Source: Chloroflexota bacterium
GTDB taxonomy: Bacteria > Chloroflexota > Anaerolineae > B4-G1 > SLSP01
Direction of reading: 5' to 3'
Assembly (NCBI GenBank): GCA_029555965.1
Contig: JAKQHY010000109.1
Coordinates: 862 to 64,861 of the forward strand
Length of the DNA stretch: 64,000 nt
The number at the start of each line of letters is the position of its first letter. Within the stretch, counting starts at the first letter, position 1. The notes under the pieces are model-generated. The model was given only the letters and a program-made list of their open reading frames with translations, made no database searches and was not told the origin of the DNA. Below, one piece after another: positions 39,310 to 48,882 of this stretch. Position numbers and translations under genes: made by a program.

Positions 39310-42300
39310 ATGAACACTAAAATTCGCCATATCATAGGGGCAACCGTGAGTGGGTTGTTCCTGGCTGTTTTGCTCTTGCTTTTGCACCCCGCAGTGGACG
39401 CGCGCCCCCTCGACGAGCCGCCTCCCCCCCGGCGCCCCGGCGCCATCACCGCCGACGGCGCCATCACCGGCGTCGTCACCGGCGACGACACCGCGGCGCC
39501 GATTGCCGGAGTGCAAATCTGTGCTTACCGGGAAGCGCCCCACGTTTACCGATGCGCCAGCACAGACGCCGGCGGCGTCTATTCCATCAGCGTGCCGGCC
39601 GGCAACTACCAGGTCATCTTTTTGCCGCCGGATTACCACATGAATGAATATTACGATAACGTGCCCTACAACTCACCTAACAGTCACACTCCAGTCGCGG
39701 TCGCCGACGACACCGTTACCCCCAACATCAACGCGGGCCTGGCCGTCGGGATGCAGATCGGCGGGCAAGTGACCGACGAGATAACCGGCAATCCGTTGCT
39801 GGGCGTCACGGCCTACGTCGAAGACCCCGGGGGTTATTACTACGCCTACGGCAGCACCGGCGCCGATGGCGTGTATACCGCCACCCCCGGATTGCCCGCA
39901 GGATCGTACCGGGTGCAATTTGCGGATTACGGAGGGATGTGCGCCACCGAGTATTACTCCAATGTCTATCTCCCCGGCCAGGCAACGCTCGTCACCCTGA
40001 CCACCGCCAACCTCACCGGCATAGATGCCGTGTTGACGCAGGCGGCGGTGATCACCGGCCTCGTCACCGACGGCGGCCCCTTGAGCAACATCCAGATCGA
40101 CGCTTATTTCGCCGACGAGGACGCATACGCCAACGGCGCCAGCACCGATGCCAATGGCGTCTATCGCCTGACAGGCCTGGCCCCCATCGCCTACAAACTG
40201 CGGTTCTACGATTCCACCGGCCAATATCTGGTCGAATGGCATCAGGATAAGCCCAATTGGGACGCCGCCGACCCCATCTCCCTCACCGGCGGCGTGACGA
40301 CCACCGTCAACGCGCAACTGACAACAGGCGCGGTCCTCACCGGCACGGTCACAGCGGAGGGCAGCGGCGTTCCCTTGACGCACATTCGGGTCAGTGCCTA
40401 CGACGCGATCACCGGCGACTCCATCGCCGGCGATTATACCGACGTCCTTGGCGTTTACCGCATCGGTGGACTGGTCGGCGGCGTCTACAAATTGCGGTTC
40501 CAGGATTATGCCGGCGTCTACCTGGACGAATATTACGACGACAAACCCGACCTCGCCAGCGCGGACACCATCGTGCTGACGGTCGGTGTGACCACCACGG
40601 TGGACGCTGTGCTGACGCCTGGCGCGGTCATCAGCGGCACGGTCACGGACGCTGGCCACGGCACAGGCTTGGACGCCATCAACATTATCGCCTACGACGC
40701 CACCACCAACAATTACGCTGGGCAAGGCGCCACCGACGCCGCCGGCATCTACCGCATCGGCGGACTGGCGTCCGGCGGCTACAAGCTCTATTTCTACGAC
40801 AACGGCGGCATCTACATCGCCGAGTACTACGATGACAAACCCAACCTCGCCGGCGCGGATCCTGTGATGGTGACGGCCGGCGTGACGACCACCGTGAACG
40901 CCGCGTTGACGCCTGGTGCGGTCATCAGCGGCACGGTCACGGACGAGAATCACGGCGCCGGCCTGAACAGCGTCACCGTCGTCGCCTATGACGCGGCCAC
41001 CGACTACTACGTCCGGGAGGATACCACCACCGCCGCCGGCATCTACCGCATCGGCGGACTGGCGGCCGGCAGCTACAAGCTCTATTTTTATGACCCCAGC
41101 GGCGTTTACCTGAACGAGTACTACGATGACAAACCCGACCTCGCCAGCGCGGACCCCATCGCGCTGACGACCGGCGTGACGACCACCGTGAACGCCGTGC
41201 TGACCCCTGGCGCGGTCATCAGCGGCACGGTCACGGACGAGAGCCACGGCGCCGGCCTGAACAGCGTCACCGTCACCGCCTACGACGCGGCCACCGGCAA
41301 CTACATCCGGGATGACGCCACTGACGCCGCCGGCGTCTATCGCATCGGCGGACTGGCGGACGGCAGCTACAAGCTCTATTTTTATGACCCCAGCGGCGTC
41401 TACATTGCCGAGTACTATGACGACAAGCCCGACCTCGCCAGCGCGGACCCCATCGTACTGACGGCCGGCGTGACGGCCACCGTGAACGCCGCGTTGGCGC
41501 CCGGCGCGGTTATCAGCGGCACGGTCACGGACGAGAGCCACGGCGCCGGCCTGCACAGTGTCACCGTTACCGCCTACGACGCGGCCACCGGCGACTACAT
41601 CCGGGATGACGCCACTGACGCCGCCGGCGTCTATTGCATCAGCGGACTGGCGCCCGGTAGTTACAAACTTTACTTCTACGACTATAATGGCGTCTACGTA
41701 AGCGAGTACTATGATGACAAGCCCAACTTTGACATTGCTGACCCGATTGCAGCGACACCCGGCATGACAGTCACCGCGAACGCCGCACTGGCACAAGGCG
41801 GGATACTCAGCGGCACGGTTACAGAGGCAGGGAGCGGCCTGCCTCTGGATAACATAGACGTCAACGTCTACGATGCCGCCACCGACGCTTACGTCAAAGA
41901 CGCCAACACCGACGCGGATGGCATCTATCGCATCAGCGGACTGGCCGCCGGCGGCTACAAACTCTACTTCCGCGATCCTAACAGCGCCTACATGGGCGAA
42001 TACTACGATGACAAATCCTCCCTGGCGACCGCCGATCCGATTGCCGTGACGGCCGGACTGACGACAACGGCAAATGCCGCCCTGACGGCGGGGGGAGTCC
42101 TCAGCGGCGCCGTCACCGAAGAGGGCAGCGGCGCGCCGTTGGCGGGCATCCAGGTCAGAGCCTACGACGCGGCCACCAACACCTCTATTGCCAGTGTCGC
42201 CACCGACGCCGCCGGCGTCTACCGCCTCGGCGGGCTGGCAAACGGCGCTTACAAACTACGCTTCAGAGACAGCAGCGGCGTCTATCTGACCGAATATTAC

Positions 42301-44763
42301 GACAATCAGTCCAGCCTGAGCCACGCGGACCTGGTGATGGTGACAGGCGGTATGACGACCACTGCGAACGCGGCCCTGACGCGCGCGGGGACTCTCAGCG
42401 GCACCATCACCGAAGAGGGCAGCGGCGCGCCGTTGGAAGCCATTGCCGTCAACGTCTACGAAGCGGCCACCGGCAACTACGTCGCCGCCGCCGACACCGA
42501 CGCTAACGGCGTCTACCGCCTCGGCGGGCTGGCGGACGGCCTATACAAGCTCTATTTCTACGACAACGGCGGCAACTATCTCAGCGAGTATTATGCAGAT
42601 AAGCCGTCTTTGTCCGACGCTGATCTGGTGACGGTGACGGCAGGGCTGACCTCCACTGTGGATGCGGCGCTCGCCCACGGCGGGCGCATCACAGGCCGTG
42701 TGACCGACGCTGCCTCCGGCGTGGGCATCGCGGGCGTATCGGTGTCGGTCGCGCGCCAGGATGCCAGCAGCCCAGACGGCTCGGCCAGCACGGACGCCGG
42801 CGGTTACTACACGACGACTGCGCTCTACACCGGCGTCTACCGAGTCAGATTCAGCCCTCCCCAGCCGTACCACAGCGAGGATTACGATGGGTTCCGGTGG
42901 TGGGAGACCTTCACCCCGGTGACGGTGTCTGCGCCGTTGACCACCACCGGCGTGGACGCGACCCTGCACACCGGGCCGCTCATCACCGGATTCGTCGCCG
43001 GCCCTGCCCCTCTGGAAGATGTGTACGTTAAAGCCTATCGCGGCGCCGATTCGTATGCGTCGGCCAATGCCTATACCCGCAACGACGGAACGTATCGCCT
43101 CGGCCCGCTCGATCCCGATGCTTATCGGATATACTTTGAACCGGACGGCATACACGCCGGTGAATGGTACAGCGATTCGGAAAGCTACCGCGGAGCGGGA
43201 GTCGTCACCCTGCTGAGCGACGACGTGACGGACGTGAATGCCGACTTGAGCAACGGTGGGGTTATCAGTGGGACCGTCAGCGGGACAGGCGGCGCTCCGC
43301 TCGCGGACGTGTGGGTCTACGTGTACCCGGTTGGAAGTGACAGCTCGGTCGCCTCGGATCGGACAGATGCCGCCGGCTATTACGCCACCCGCCCCGGACT
43401 ACCTACCGGCGAATACCAGATCAAATTCTCCGCGCCGCCCGGCTACACCACCGAGTGGTACAACGACCGGGGCAACCGGTCCACGGCAACCCCCCTCACG
43501 GTCACGTCCGGCGTCACGGTGACGGCGGACGCGCAGTTGGCGCCTTACGCCTGGGGCGCCATCACCGGCGCCGTCACTGCCGCCGACACCGGCCTGCCGG
43601 TGAACGTGTGGGTGTACGCCTACAACGCCAGCGGTGCAAACGTGCGGTCGGTCTATGCTTCCGGCGCTTACGTGCTGGACTATCTGCCGCCGGCCGTCTA
43701 TCGGGTCTACTTCGGTTCTCCACCTGCGCCCTACGTTTCGAGATACTATTCCGACAAGTCCGGCCTATCCGCCGCCGATCTCATCACCGTAACCGCCGGC
43801 GTGACAGTCACGAATATCAACCAGGCGCTCCCGCGCGGCGGCGCGATCCACGGCGTCGTTACCGACACGGCCACTGGCGCCGGCATCCCCGGCGTCCACG
43901 TCTATGCCCGGCGGGTGGTCGGCAGTTGGACTTCCAAAGAGACCTACACCGGGGTAGACGGAACCTATCGCCTGGAAGGCTTGCCGGATGGCGGCTACAA
44001 AGTGCAGTTCACCTCGCCCCCGCCCTTTGTCTGCGAGTGGTATGACGACGTCCTGCTTGAAAATGCCGCCGCCATCGTCACCGTGACGTTGGGGGCTACG
44101 GTGAACGCGCATGCGGCGCTAGGGACGGGCGGCGTCGTCACCGGCGTCGTCACTGCCGCCGACACCGGCGCGCCGTTGGCGGGCGCTTATGTCTACGTGT
44201 ACAGTTCTACCACGGGCGCGTTCATCACCGGAGTCTATGTCGGCAGGGATGGTGCGTACCGCACCCCTGGTCTGCCCGCCGGCGACTACTGGATTTATTT
44301 CAGCGTGGGGCCGTGGGCTATGTACTGGCCTGAATGGTACATGGATGCCCACACCACTGGTGACAGAATTTCGGTCACGGTGCCGTCCGCCGGCGCGATC
44401 CCCAACATAGATGCCGCCTTGGAACGCGGCGGATCCATCAGCGGCTGGACCTACAGCCAGGCGACGGGGCGCCCGTTGAACGATGTGTACGTCGCCGCGC
44501 ACTATGTCGCCGCCCAGGGCTACGTGGATTACGACTACAGCAACGACTGGGGGTTTTATCAGATAGACGGCCTGCCGAACGATCTGTACAAAGTCTACTT
44601 CTCCAGGAATGGGTATGTGGCGCAGTGGTACGACCAGGCGGCGGACTTCACCGCCGCGCTTACCGTGACCGTCAACGCGTCGTCCGAGGTGTCGAACGTG
44701 AACGCCTATCTGCGCTCCCCCCACGGAGTCTACCTGCCGCTCGTGCTGCGCAACGGAGAATAG
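39310..44763 (+). CDS. Secreted protein with about 18 tandem ~98-aa carboxypeptidase-regulatory-like (beta-sandwich) repeats and a YLPLV tail
   Basis: Signal peptide; repeat G.ISGTVTD...TDA.G.Y.I.GL..G.YKL.F....Y..EYYDD; exact 294-bp period at 40621/40915/41209/41503; ends VYLPLVLRNGE. Confidence 0.9.
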   Translation: MNTKIRHIIGATVSGLFLAVLLLLLHPAVDARPLDEPPPPRRPGAITADGAITGVVTGDDTAAPIAGVQICAYREAPHVYRCASTDAGGVYSISVPAGNYQVIFLPPDYHMNEYYDNVPYNSPNSHTPVAVADDTVTPNINAGLAVGMQIGGQVTDEITGNPLLGVTAYVEDPGGYYYAYGSTGADGVYTATPGLPAGSYRVQFADYGGMCATEYYSNVYLPGQATLVTLTTANLTGIDAVLTQAAVITGLVTDGGPLSNIQIDAYFADEDAYANGASTDANGVYRLTGLAPIAYKLRFYDSTGQYLVEWHQDKPNWDAADPISLTGGVTTTVNAQLTTGAVLTGTVTAEGSGVPLTHIRVSAYDAITGDSIAGDYTDVLGVYRIGGLVGGVYKLRFQDYAGVYLDEYYDDKPDLASADTIVLTVGVTTTVDAVLTPGAVISGTVTDAGHGTGLDAINIIAYDATTNNYAGQGATDAAGIYRIGGLASGGYKLYFYDNGGIYIAEYYDDKPNLAGADPVMVTAGVTTTVNAALTPGAVISGTVTDENHGAGLNSVTVVAYDAATDYYVREDTTTAAGIYRIGGLAAGSYKLYFYDPSGVYLNEYYDDKPDLASADPIALTTGVTTTVNAVLTPGAVISGTVTDESHGAGLNSVTVTAYDAATGNYIRDDATDAAGVYRIGGLADGSYKLYFYDPSGVYIAEYYDDKPDLASADPIVLTAGVTATVNAALAPGAVISGTVTDESHGAGLHSVTVTAYDAATGDYIRDDATDAAGVYCISGLAPGSYKLYFYDYNGVYVSEYYDDKPNFDIADPIAATPGMTVTANAALAQGGILSGTVTEAGSGLPLDNIDVNVYDAATDAYVKDANTDADGIYRISGLAAGGYKLYFRDPNSAYMGEYYDDKSSLATADPIAVTAGLTTTANAALTAGGVLSGAVTEEGSGAPLAGIQVRAYDAATNTSIASVATDAAGVYRLGGLANGAYKLRFRDSSGVYLTEYYDNQSSLSHADLVMVTGGMTTTANAALTRAGTLSGTITEEGSGAPLEAIAVNVYEAATGNYVAAADTDANGVYRLGGLADGLYKLYFYDNGGNYLSEYYADKPSLSDADLVTVTAGLTSTVDAALAHGGRITGRVTDAASGVGIAGVSVSVARQDASSPDGSASTDAGGYYTTTALYTGVYRVRFSPPQPYHSEDYDGFRWWETFTPVTVSAPLTTTGVDATLHTGPLITGFVAGPAPLEDVYVKAYRGADSYASANAYTRNDGTYRLGPLDPDAYRIYFEPDGIHAGEWYSDSESYRGAGVVTLLSDDVTDVNADLSNGGVISGTVSGTGGAPLADVWVYVYPVGSDSSVASDRTDAAGYYATRPGLPTGEYQIKFSAPPGYTTEWYNDRGNRSTATPLTVTSGVTVTADAQLAPYAWGAITGAVTAADTGLPVNVWVYAYNASGANVRSVYASGAYVLDYLPPAVYRVYFGSPPAPYVSRYYSDKSGLSAADLITVTAGVTVTNINQALPRGGAIHGVVTDTATGAGIPGVHVYARRVVGSWTSKETYTGVDGTYRLEGLPDGGYKVQFTSPPPFVCEWYDDVLLENAAAIVTVTLGATVNAHAALGTGGVVTGVVTAADTGAPLAGAYVYVYSSTTGAFITGVYVGRDGAYRTPGLPAGDYWIYFSVGPWAMYWPEWYMDAHTTGDRISVTVPSAGAIPNIDAALERGGSISGWTYSQATGRPLNDVYVAAHYVAAQGYVDYDYSNDWGFYQIDGLPNDLYKVYFSRNGYVAQWYDQAADFTAALTVTVNASSEVSNVNAYLRSPHGVYLPLVLRNGE

Positions 44764-44767
44764 CGCG

Positions 44768-44902
44768 GACGGCTAAAGTCGTTGGTTTTAGACGTTTTGC
44801 GGTGATGGACTCCCGCCCGTCACCGCAAAACGCTCTTTTTATCGGCAGCTCTAGCCGAAAAATCACCCCGTGAGGCGCGCTCACCGAGACGGATGAAGCC
44901 CT
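44768..44902. mobile_element. Degenerate relative of the CAGGG-MITE (core plus right end)
   Basis: gacggctaaagtcgt...gttttgcggtgatgg...cccgtcaccgcaaaac...tagccgaaaaatc...gaagccct. Confidence 0.65.
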
Positions 44903-44921
44903 AACACCAAAACCATGAAGG

Positions 44922-44950
44922 TTGACCCATCAAGCGGGGCGCTATATAAT
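44922..44950 (+). promoter_or_regulatory. Putative sigma70 promoter of the corrinoid activator gene
   Basis: TTGACC-17 nt-TATAAT. Confidence 0.6.
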
Positions 44951-45021
44951 CAAGTCTCAGCGGGGACTACGGACAGATTTTTTCATCTACTGACGCTATC
45001 TTTTCCTTCGGAGAACGGCTC

Positions 45022-46854
45022 ATGACGCGACCGGCGACCATACCGCCAACCTATCAAGTGGATTTTGAACCCATCGGCAAACGGGTGGATGTGACGCCGG
45101 ACACTACGCTCCTGGAAGCGGCGCGGCGGGCGGGCATCGCGCTGACCGCGACGTGCGGCGGGATGCACAGCTGCGGCCGGTGCCGGGTGATCATGCTCGC
45201 GGGTCATGTATCCCCCGCCGATGAGGGCGAAAAGGCGCTCCTGACCGAGTCGGAGTTGCAAAGCGGCTACCGGTTGGCGTGCAGCGCGCGCGTTCAAAGC
45301 CGGGTCAAAGTGCATGTCCCCCCAGCGTCCCTTGTCACCGGCCAACGTTTGCAGGTGACGGGCGAATCGGCCGGTCTGACGCCTGATCCGCCGATCTGGG
45401 CTTACCCGTTAGAAGCGCCGCCGCCCACCCTGCACGATCCCCGCGCCGACCTGGAACGGCTCACAGCGGCGCTGCCCCAGGGAACCGGCGCGAGCCTGCC
45501 CGTCGTCCGCCAAATCACTGAAACCGCACGCACGCACGACTGGCGCTTGACCGCCTACCTGCGGGACGCCGAAATCGTGGGCGTCGCGCCGCCGGGAGCG
45601 GGGCCAGTGGGCGTGGCTGTGGACCTGGGCACCACTAAAATCGCGGCCAGCCTTGTTGATCTGACGGACGGAACCGAGTTGGCCGCAGCGGGAGCATTGA
45701 ATCCGCAAATCGGCTACGGCGAGGACGTCATCAGCCGCCTGACCTACGCCCTGCGCGGCCCCGCAGGCGCGCACACACTGGCGGCGCTGGCGCGAGAGAC
45801 GCTAGACGCCCTGTTGGGCGACCTGACCGCACAGGCAGAGGTCAATCGGACGCAGGTGGCGGAGATTTGCCTGGTGGGCAACACAGCGATGACGCATCTG
45901 CTGCTTGCGCTGCCGGTGAGCCAGTTGGCGTCCGCGCCCTACGTGGCCGCGACGCACCGGGCGCTGGACGTGCGGGCCGCCGACCTGGGGCTGGCCGCCG
46001 CGCCGGGCGCCTACGTCCACGTACTGCCCGGCATCGGCGGGTTCGTGGGCGCGGATCACGTGGCGATGCTCCTGGCCGGTGGGCTGGATGAGATGGCGCA
46101 CGTGACGTTGGGGATTGACGTGGGGACGAACACCGAAATTGTGCTCGCCCGACCCGACCAGGGCGCGCTAACCTCAACGTCGTGCGCCTCCGGCCCGGCG
46201 TTTGAGGGCGCGCACATCGGCCACGGGATGCGGGCCGCGTCCGGCGCCATCGAAGCGGTGGCGCTGACCGAAACCGGCGCGCAGTTGAAGACCGTGGACG
46301 ACGCGCCCGCCATCGGGCTGTGCGGCTCCGGCATGATTGACGCCGTGGCCGAGTTGCGCCGGTGGGGGCTGCTCAACGCGCGCGGGCGGTTCGAGCGCGA
46401 TCATCCACGGGTGCGAAGCGAGCCTCATGGGCCAGAGTTCGTGCTGGCGTCCGCCGCCCAGGGCGGAAGTCGGAGCGATGTGGTGATCACGCAAAAAGAC
46501 ATCAATGAGTTTCAGTTAGCCAAAGGCGCCATCTGCGCCGGGGTGGAGAGTCTGCTCGAGGCCACGGGGACTTCGCCGGAGGATGTGCGCGAGGTGGTCA
46601 TCGCGGGGGCGTTTGGGGCGTTTCTGAACGTGCAGAACGCGCTGGCTATCGGGCTGCTGCCCCCGCTGCCTCACGCGCGCTACCGGCAGGTGGGCAACGC
46701 GGCCCTGGTGGGCGCCCGATACGCGCTGGTATCGCGCCGGATGCGGGAGCGCGCCCAGGCCATCGCCGCGCAAACCCGCTATTTGGAATTGACCACCTAC
46801 CCCCAATTCAAGCGGCGCTTCGCGCTGGGAATGGGCTTGGGGAGTAGGGAGTAG
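45022..46854 (+). CDS. ATP-dependent reductive activator of corrinoid proteins (RACE; 2Fe-2S plus ASKHA)
   Basis: CGGMHSCGRC...RLAC ferredoxin; VDLGTT, YGEDVISR, GGFVGAD, DVGTNTE, SGPAFEG, GLCGSG, IAGAFG, GNAAL. Confidence 0.92.
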   Translation: MTRPATIPPTYQVDFEPIGKRVDVTPDTTLLEAARRAGIALTATCGGMHSCGRCRVIMLAGHVSPADEGEKALLTESELQSGYRLACSARVQSRVKVHVPPASLVTGQRLQVTGESAGLTPDPPIWAYPLEAPPPTLHDPRADLERLTAALPQGTGASLPVVRQITETARTHDWRLTAYLRDAEIVGVAPPGAGPVGVAVDLGTTKIAASLVDLTDGTELAAAGALNPQIGYGEDVISRLTYALRGPAGAHTLAALARETLDALLGDLTAQAEVNRTQVAEICLVGNTAMTHLLLALPVSQLASAPYVAATHRALDVRAADLGLAAAPGAYVHVLPGIGGFVGADHVAMLLAGGLDEMAHVTLGIDVGTNTEIVLARPDQGALTSTSCASGPAFEGAHIGHGMRAASGAIEAVALTETGAQLKTVDDAPAIGLCGSGMIDAVAELRRWGLLNARGRFERDHPRVRSEPHGPEFVLASAAQGGSRSDVVITQKDINEFQLAKGAICAGVESLLEATGTSPEDVREVVIAGAFGAFLNVQNALAIGLLPPLPHARYRQVGNAALVGARYALVSRRMRERAQAIAAQTRYLELTTYPQFKRRFALGMGLGSRE

Positions 46855-46910
46855 GGAGTAGGGAGTAAGGGACATCTTCCCTTTACTCCTTACTCCTTAC
46901 TTCTTACTTC
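46840..46910. repeat. Heptamer palindrome (GGGAGTA)n...(TTACTCC)n overlapping the stop codon
   Basis: gggagtagggagtagggagtagggagtaaggga...tccctttactccttactccttacttcttacttc. Confidence 0.85.
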
Positions 46911-47319
46911 ATAACTGGACATTGGCGAAAATGCTGATTCCCGGCGAAATAAATGGCCTTTGACAAAAAATATCCGGCTCTTTACGCCGTCTTTTAGCAA
47001 CACAAACCTACCCAGAAACAATGATGCGTTTTCTGGTTGATTTGGTGTATTTATGAAACGTTTTGGCAAAGAAACAATCTCAAAGGAGTATGTTCGCTCC
47101 TTAACTGGCAAAACCGACTTTGAGTCGAGGGATAAATCATCCCTGGAGCTATGCTTTTAACATCCCTATCACGGACAATGTCCGTAGCGATCAATAGACC
47201 ACCGGTGCTTGGATATGCTTATTGCCAAGATTGTTTGCAGTGCCGTCAGTTTCAGATGTTAACAGCATATACCTAAAATTCGCCAGAGTCCAATTCATAA
47301 TTACAGAAAGGAGCAATGT

Positions 47320-48120
47320 ATGCAGATAATTGGTGAAAAAATCAATGGGACGCGCAAGCAGGTGAAGCAGGCGATTGCCGACCGGGACGTGGACTTCATC
47401 CAAAGGCTGGCCCGCCGCCAGGCGGAGGCCGGTTCGACGTGGCTCGATGTGAACGCGGGGACGCCGCCCGATCGAGAGCCGGACGATCTGGTGTGGTTGG
47501 TGGAGACGGTGCAGGCTGTGGCGGACGTGCCGCTGTGCCTCGACAGCGCCAATCCGCAGGCGTTAGCGGCGGCGCTCAAGGTCGTCAACCAGACGCCGAT
47601 GATCAACTCGATCAGCGGCGAGCCGCAGCGCTTGGAGAACGTGCTGCCCTTCGTTGTCGAACACGGCTGCTCGGTCATCGCGCTGGCGATGGACGACAAG
47701 GGCATCCCCGAAAGCAGCGAGGCGCGCCTGGCGGTGGCCCGCCGCGTGCTGGAAGCCACCCGCGCCGCCGGCGTCCCCGACGCGCGCGTGTACGTGGACG
47801 CGCTGACCCTGACCCTCAGCACCGACGTCCAGAGCGCGATGCTCTTCTGCGACACCGTCCGGGCGGTGCGCGCCGAATACCCGGACGTTCATTTTGTGTC
47901 GGGCTTGAGCAACATCTCGTTCGGCCTGCCGGCCCGTTCCTACATCAACCGCGCTTTTCTGACGCTGGCGCTGGCGGCGGGCCTGGATTGCGCGATTCTC
48001 GATCCCCTGGATCGCGAACTCAAGGCCACACTGCTGGCCGCCGAACTGGTGTTGGGCCGCGACCGCTATTGTCTGACGTACACCCGCGCCTACCGCGCCG
48101 GGGCTTTCGACAAGCCTTAG
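47320..48120 (+). CDS. Methyltetrahydrofolate:corrinoid methyltransferase (AcsE/MT2-like pterin-binding protein)
   Basis: IIGEKING, LDVNAG, LCLDS, MINSISG, SGLSNISFGLPAR, AILDP. Confidence 0.92.
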   Translation: MQIIGEKINGTRKQVKQAIADRDVDFIQRLARRQAEAGSTWLDVNAGTPPDREPDDLVWLVETVQAVADVPLCLDSANPQALAAALKVVNQTPMINSISGEPQRLENVLPFVVEHGCSVIALAMDDKGIPESSEARLAVARRVLEATRAAGVPDARVYVDALTLTLSTDVQSAMLFCDTVRAVRAEYPDVHFVSGLSNISFGLPARSYINRAFLTLALAAGLDCAILDPLDRELKATLLAAELVLGRDRYCLTYTRAYRAGAFDKP

Positions 48121-48127
48121 ATTTTTT

Positions 48128-48203
48128 TTCACCGCAAAGGACGCGGAGAACGCGGAGGAAATTGTTAAAGAAATCTCTGCGCCCTCAGCGTTCTCGGCGG
48201 TAA
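48128..48203. repeat. 9-nt periodic palindromic repeat (ACGCGGAGA type)
   Basis: tttcaccgcaaaggacgcggagaacgcggag...ctctgcgccctcagcgttctcggcggtaaa. Confidence 0.75.
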
Positions 48204-48250
48204 AATCCCGTACAGAAGTAAATATTTCATTCACCTAAAGGAGGTTCGTT

Positions 48251-48880
48251 ATGTCGCAACAATTGATTGACGCCATCGCCGATATGAGGGAAGACGAAGC
48301 CCTCGCATTGGTCGAAGAGTTGGCAGGGAGCGGCGCGCCGCCGTTGGCAATTCTCAACGATGTCAAGACGGCCATGGACATCATCGGCCAGCGCTACGAG
48401 GAGAGCGTGTACTTTTTGCCCGAACTGGTGCTGGCCGGGGAGATGTTGAACCAGATCATGGAGGTGCTCAAACCCTCCCTGGCCGAGACTGCGGCGGAGA
48501 AAAGCCTCGGCAAGGTGCTCATCGGCACGGTCAAGGGGGACATCCACGACATCGGCAAGGACATCGTTGGCTTCATGCTCAAGGTCAGCGGCTTCGAGGT
48601 GCGCGACCTGGGCGTGGACGTGCCCGCGCCGAAGTTCGTCGAAGCCGTCCGGGAGTTCCAGCCGCAGGTGGTCGGCCTGAGCGGGTTCCTGACGCTGGCC
48701 TTCGACGAGATGAAGGCGACCGTCGCGGCCATCGAGAAAGCCGGCCTGCGCGATCAGGTGAAGATTATGATCGGCGGCGGGCAGATTGACGACGCCGTCA
48801 GGGAATACACCGGCGCGGACGCCTACGGCAAGGATGCGATGGCGGCCGTCAAATTAGCCAAAAGTTGGGTAGGGGGGTAA
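48251..48880 (+). CDS. Cobalamin-binding corrinoid protein
   Basis: YFLPELVLAG cap; GTVKGDIHDIGK (DxHxxG), DLGVDV, GLSGFL, IMIGGG. Confidence 0.95.
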   Translation: MSQQLIDAIADMREDEALALVEELAGSGAPPLAILNDVKTAMDIIGQRYEESVYFLPELVLAGEMLNQIMEVLKPSLAETAAEKSLGKVLIGTVKGDIHDIGKDIVGFMLKVSGFEVRDLGVDVPAPKFVEAVREFQPQVVGLSGFLTLAFDEMKATVAAIEKAGLRDQVKIMIGGGQIDDAVREYTGADAYGKDAMAAVKLAKSWVGG

Positions 48881-48882
48881 CG

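Noticed and set aside
39673-41796. 707-aa antisense ORF with repeats, and similar long antisense ORFs at 28048, 32841, 34137, 48949 and 59372
   Set aside because: Mirror frames of well-supported genes, caused by GC3 bias.
46911-47319. Cobalamin riboswitch ahead of the corrinoid operon
   Set aside because: I could not find the B12-box or the GGGAA...GCCCCCGC...GCCACTG core on either strand.
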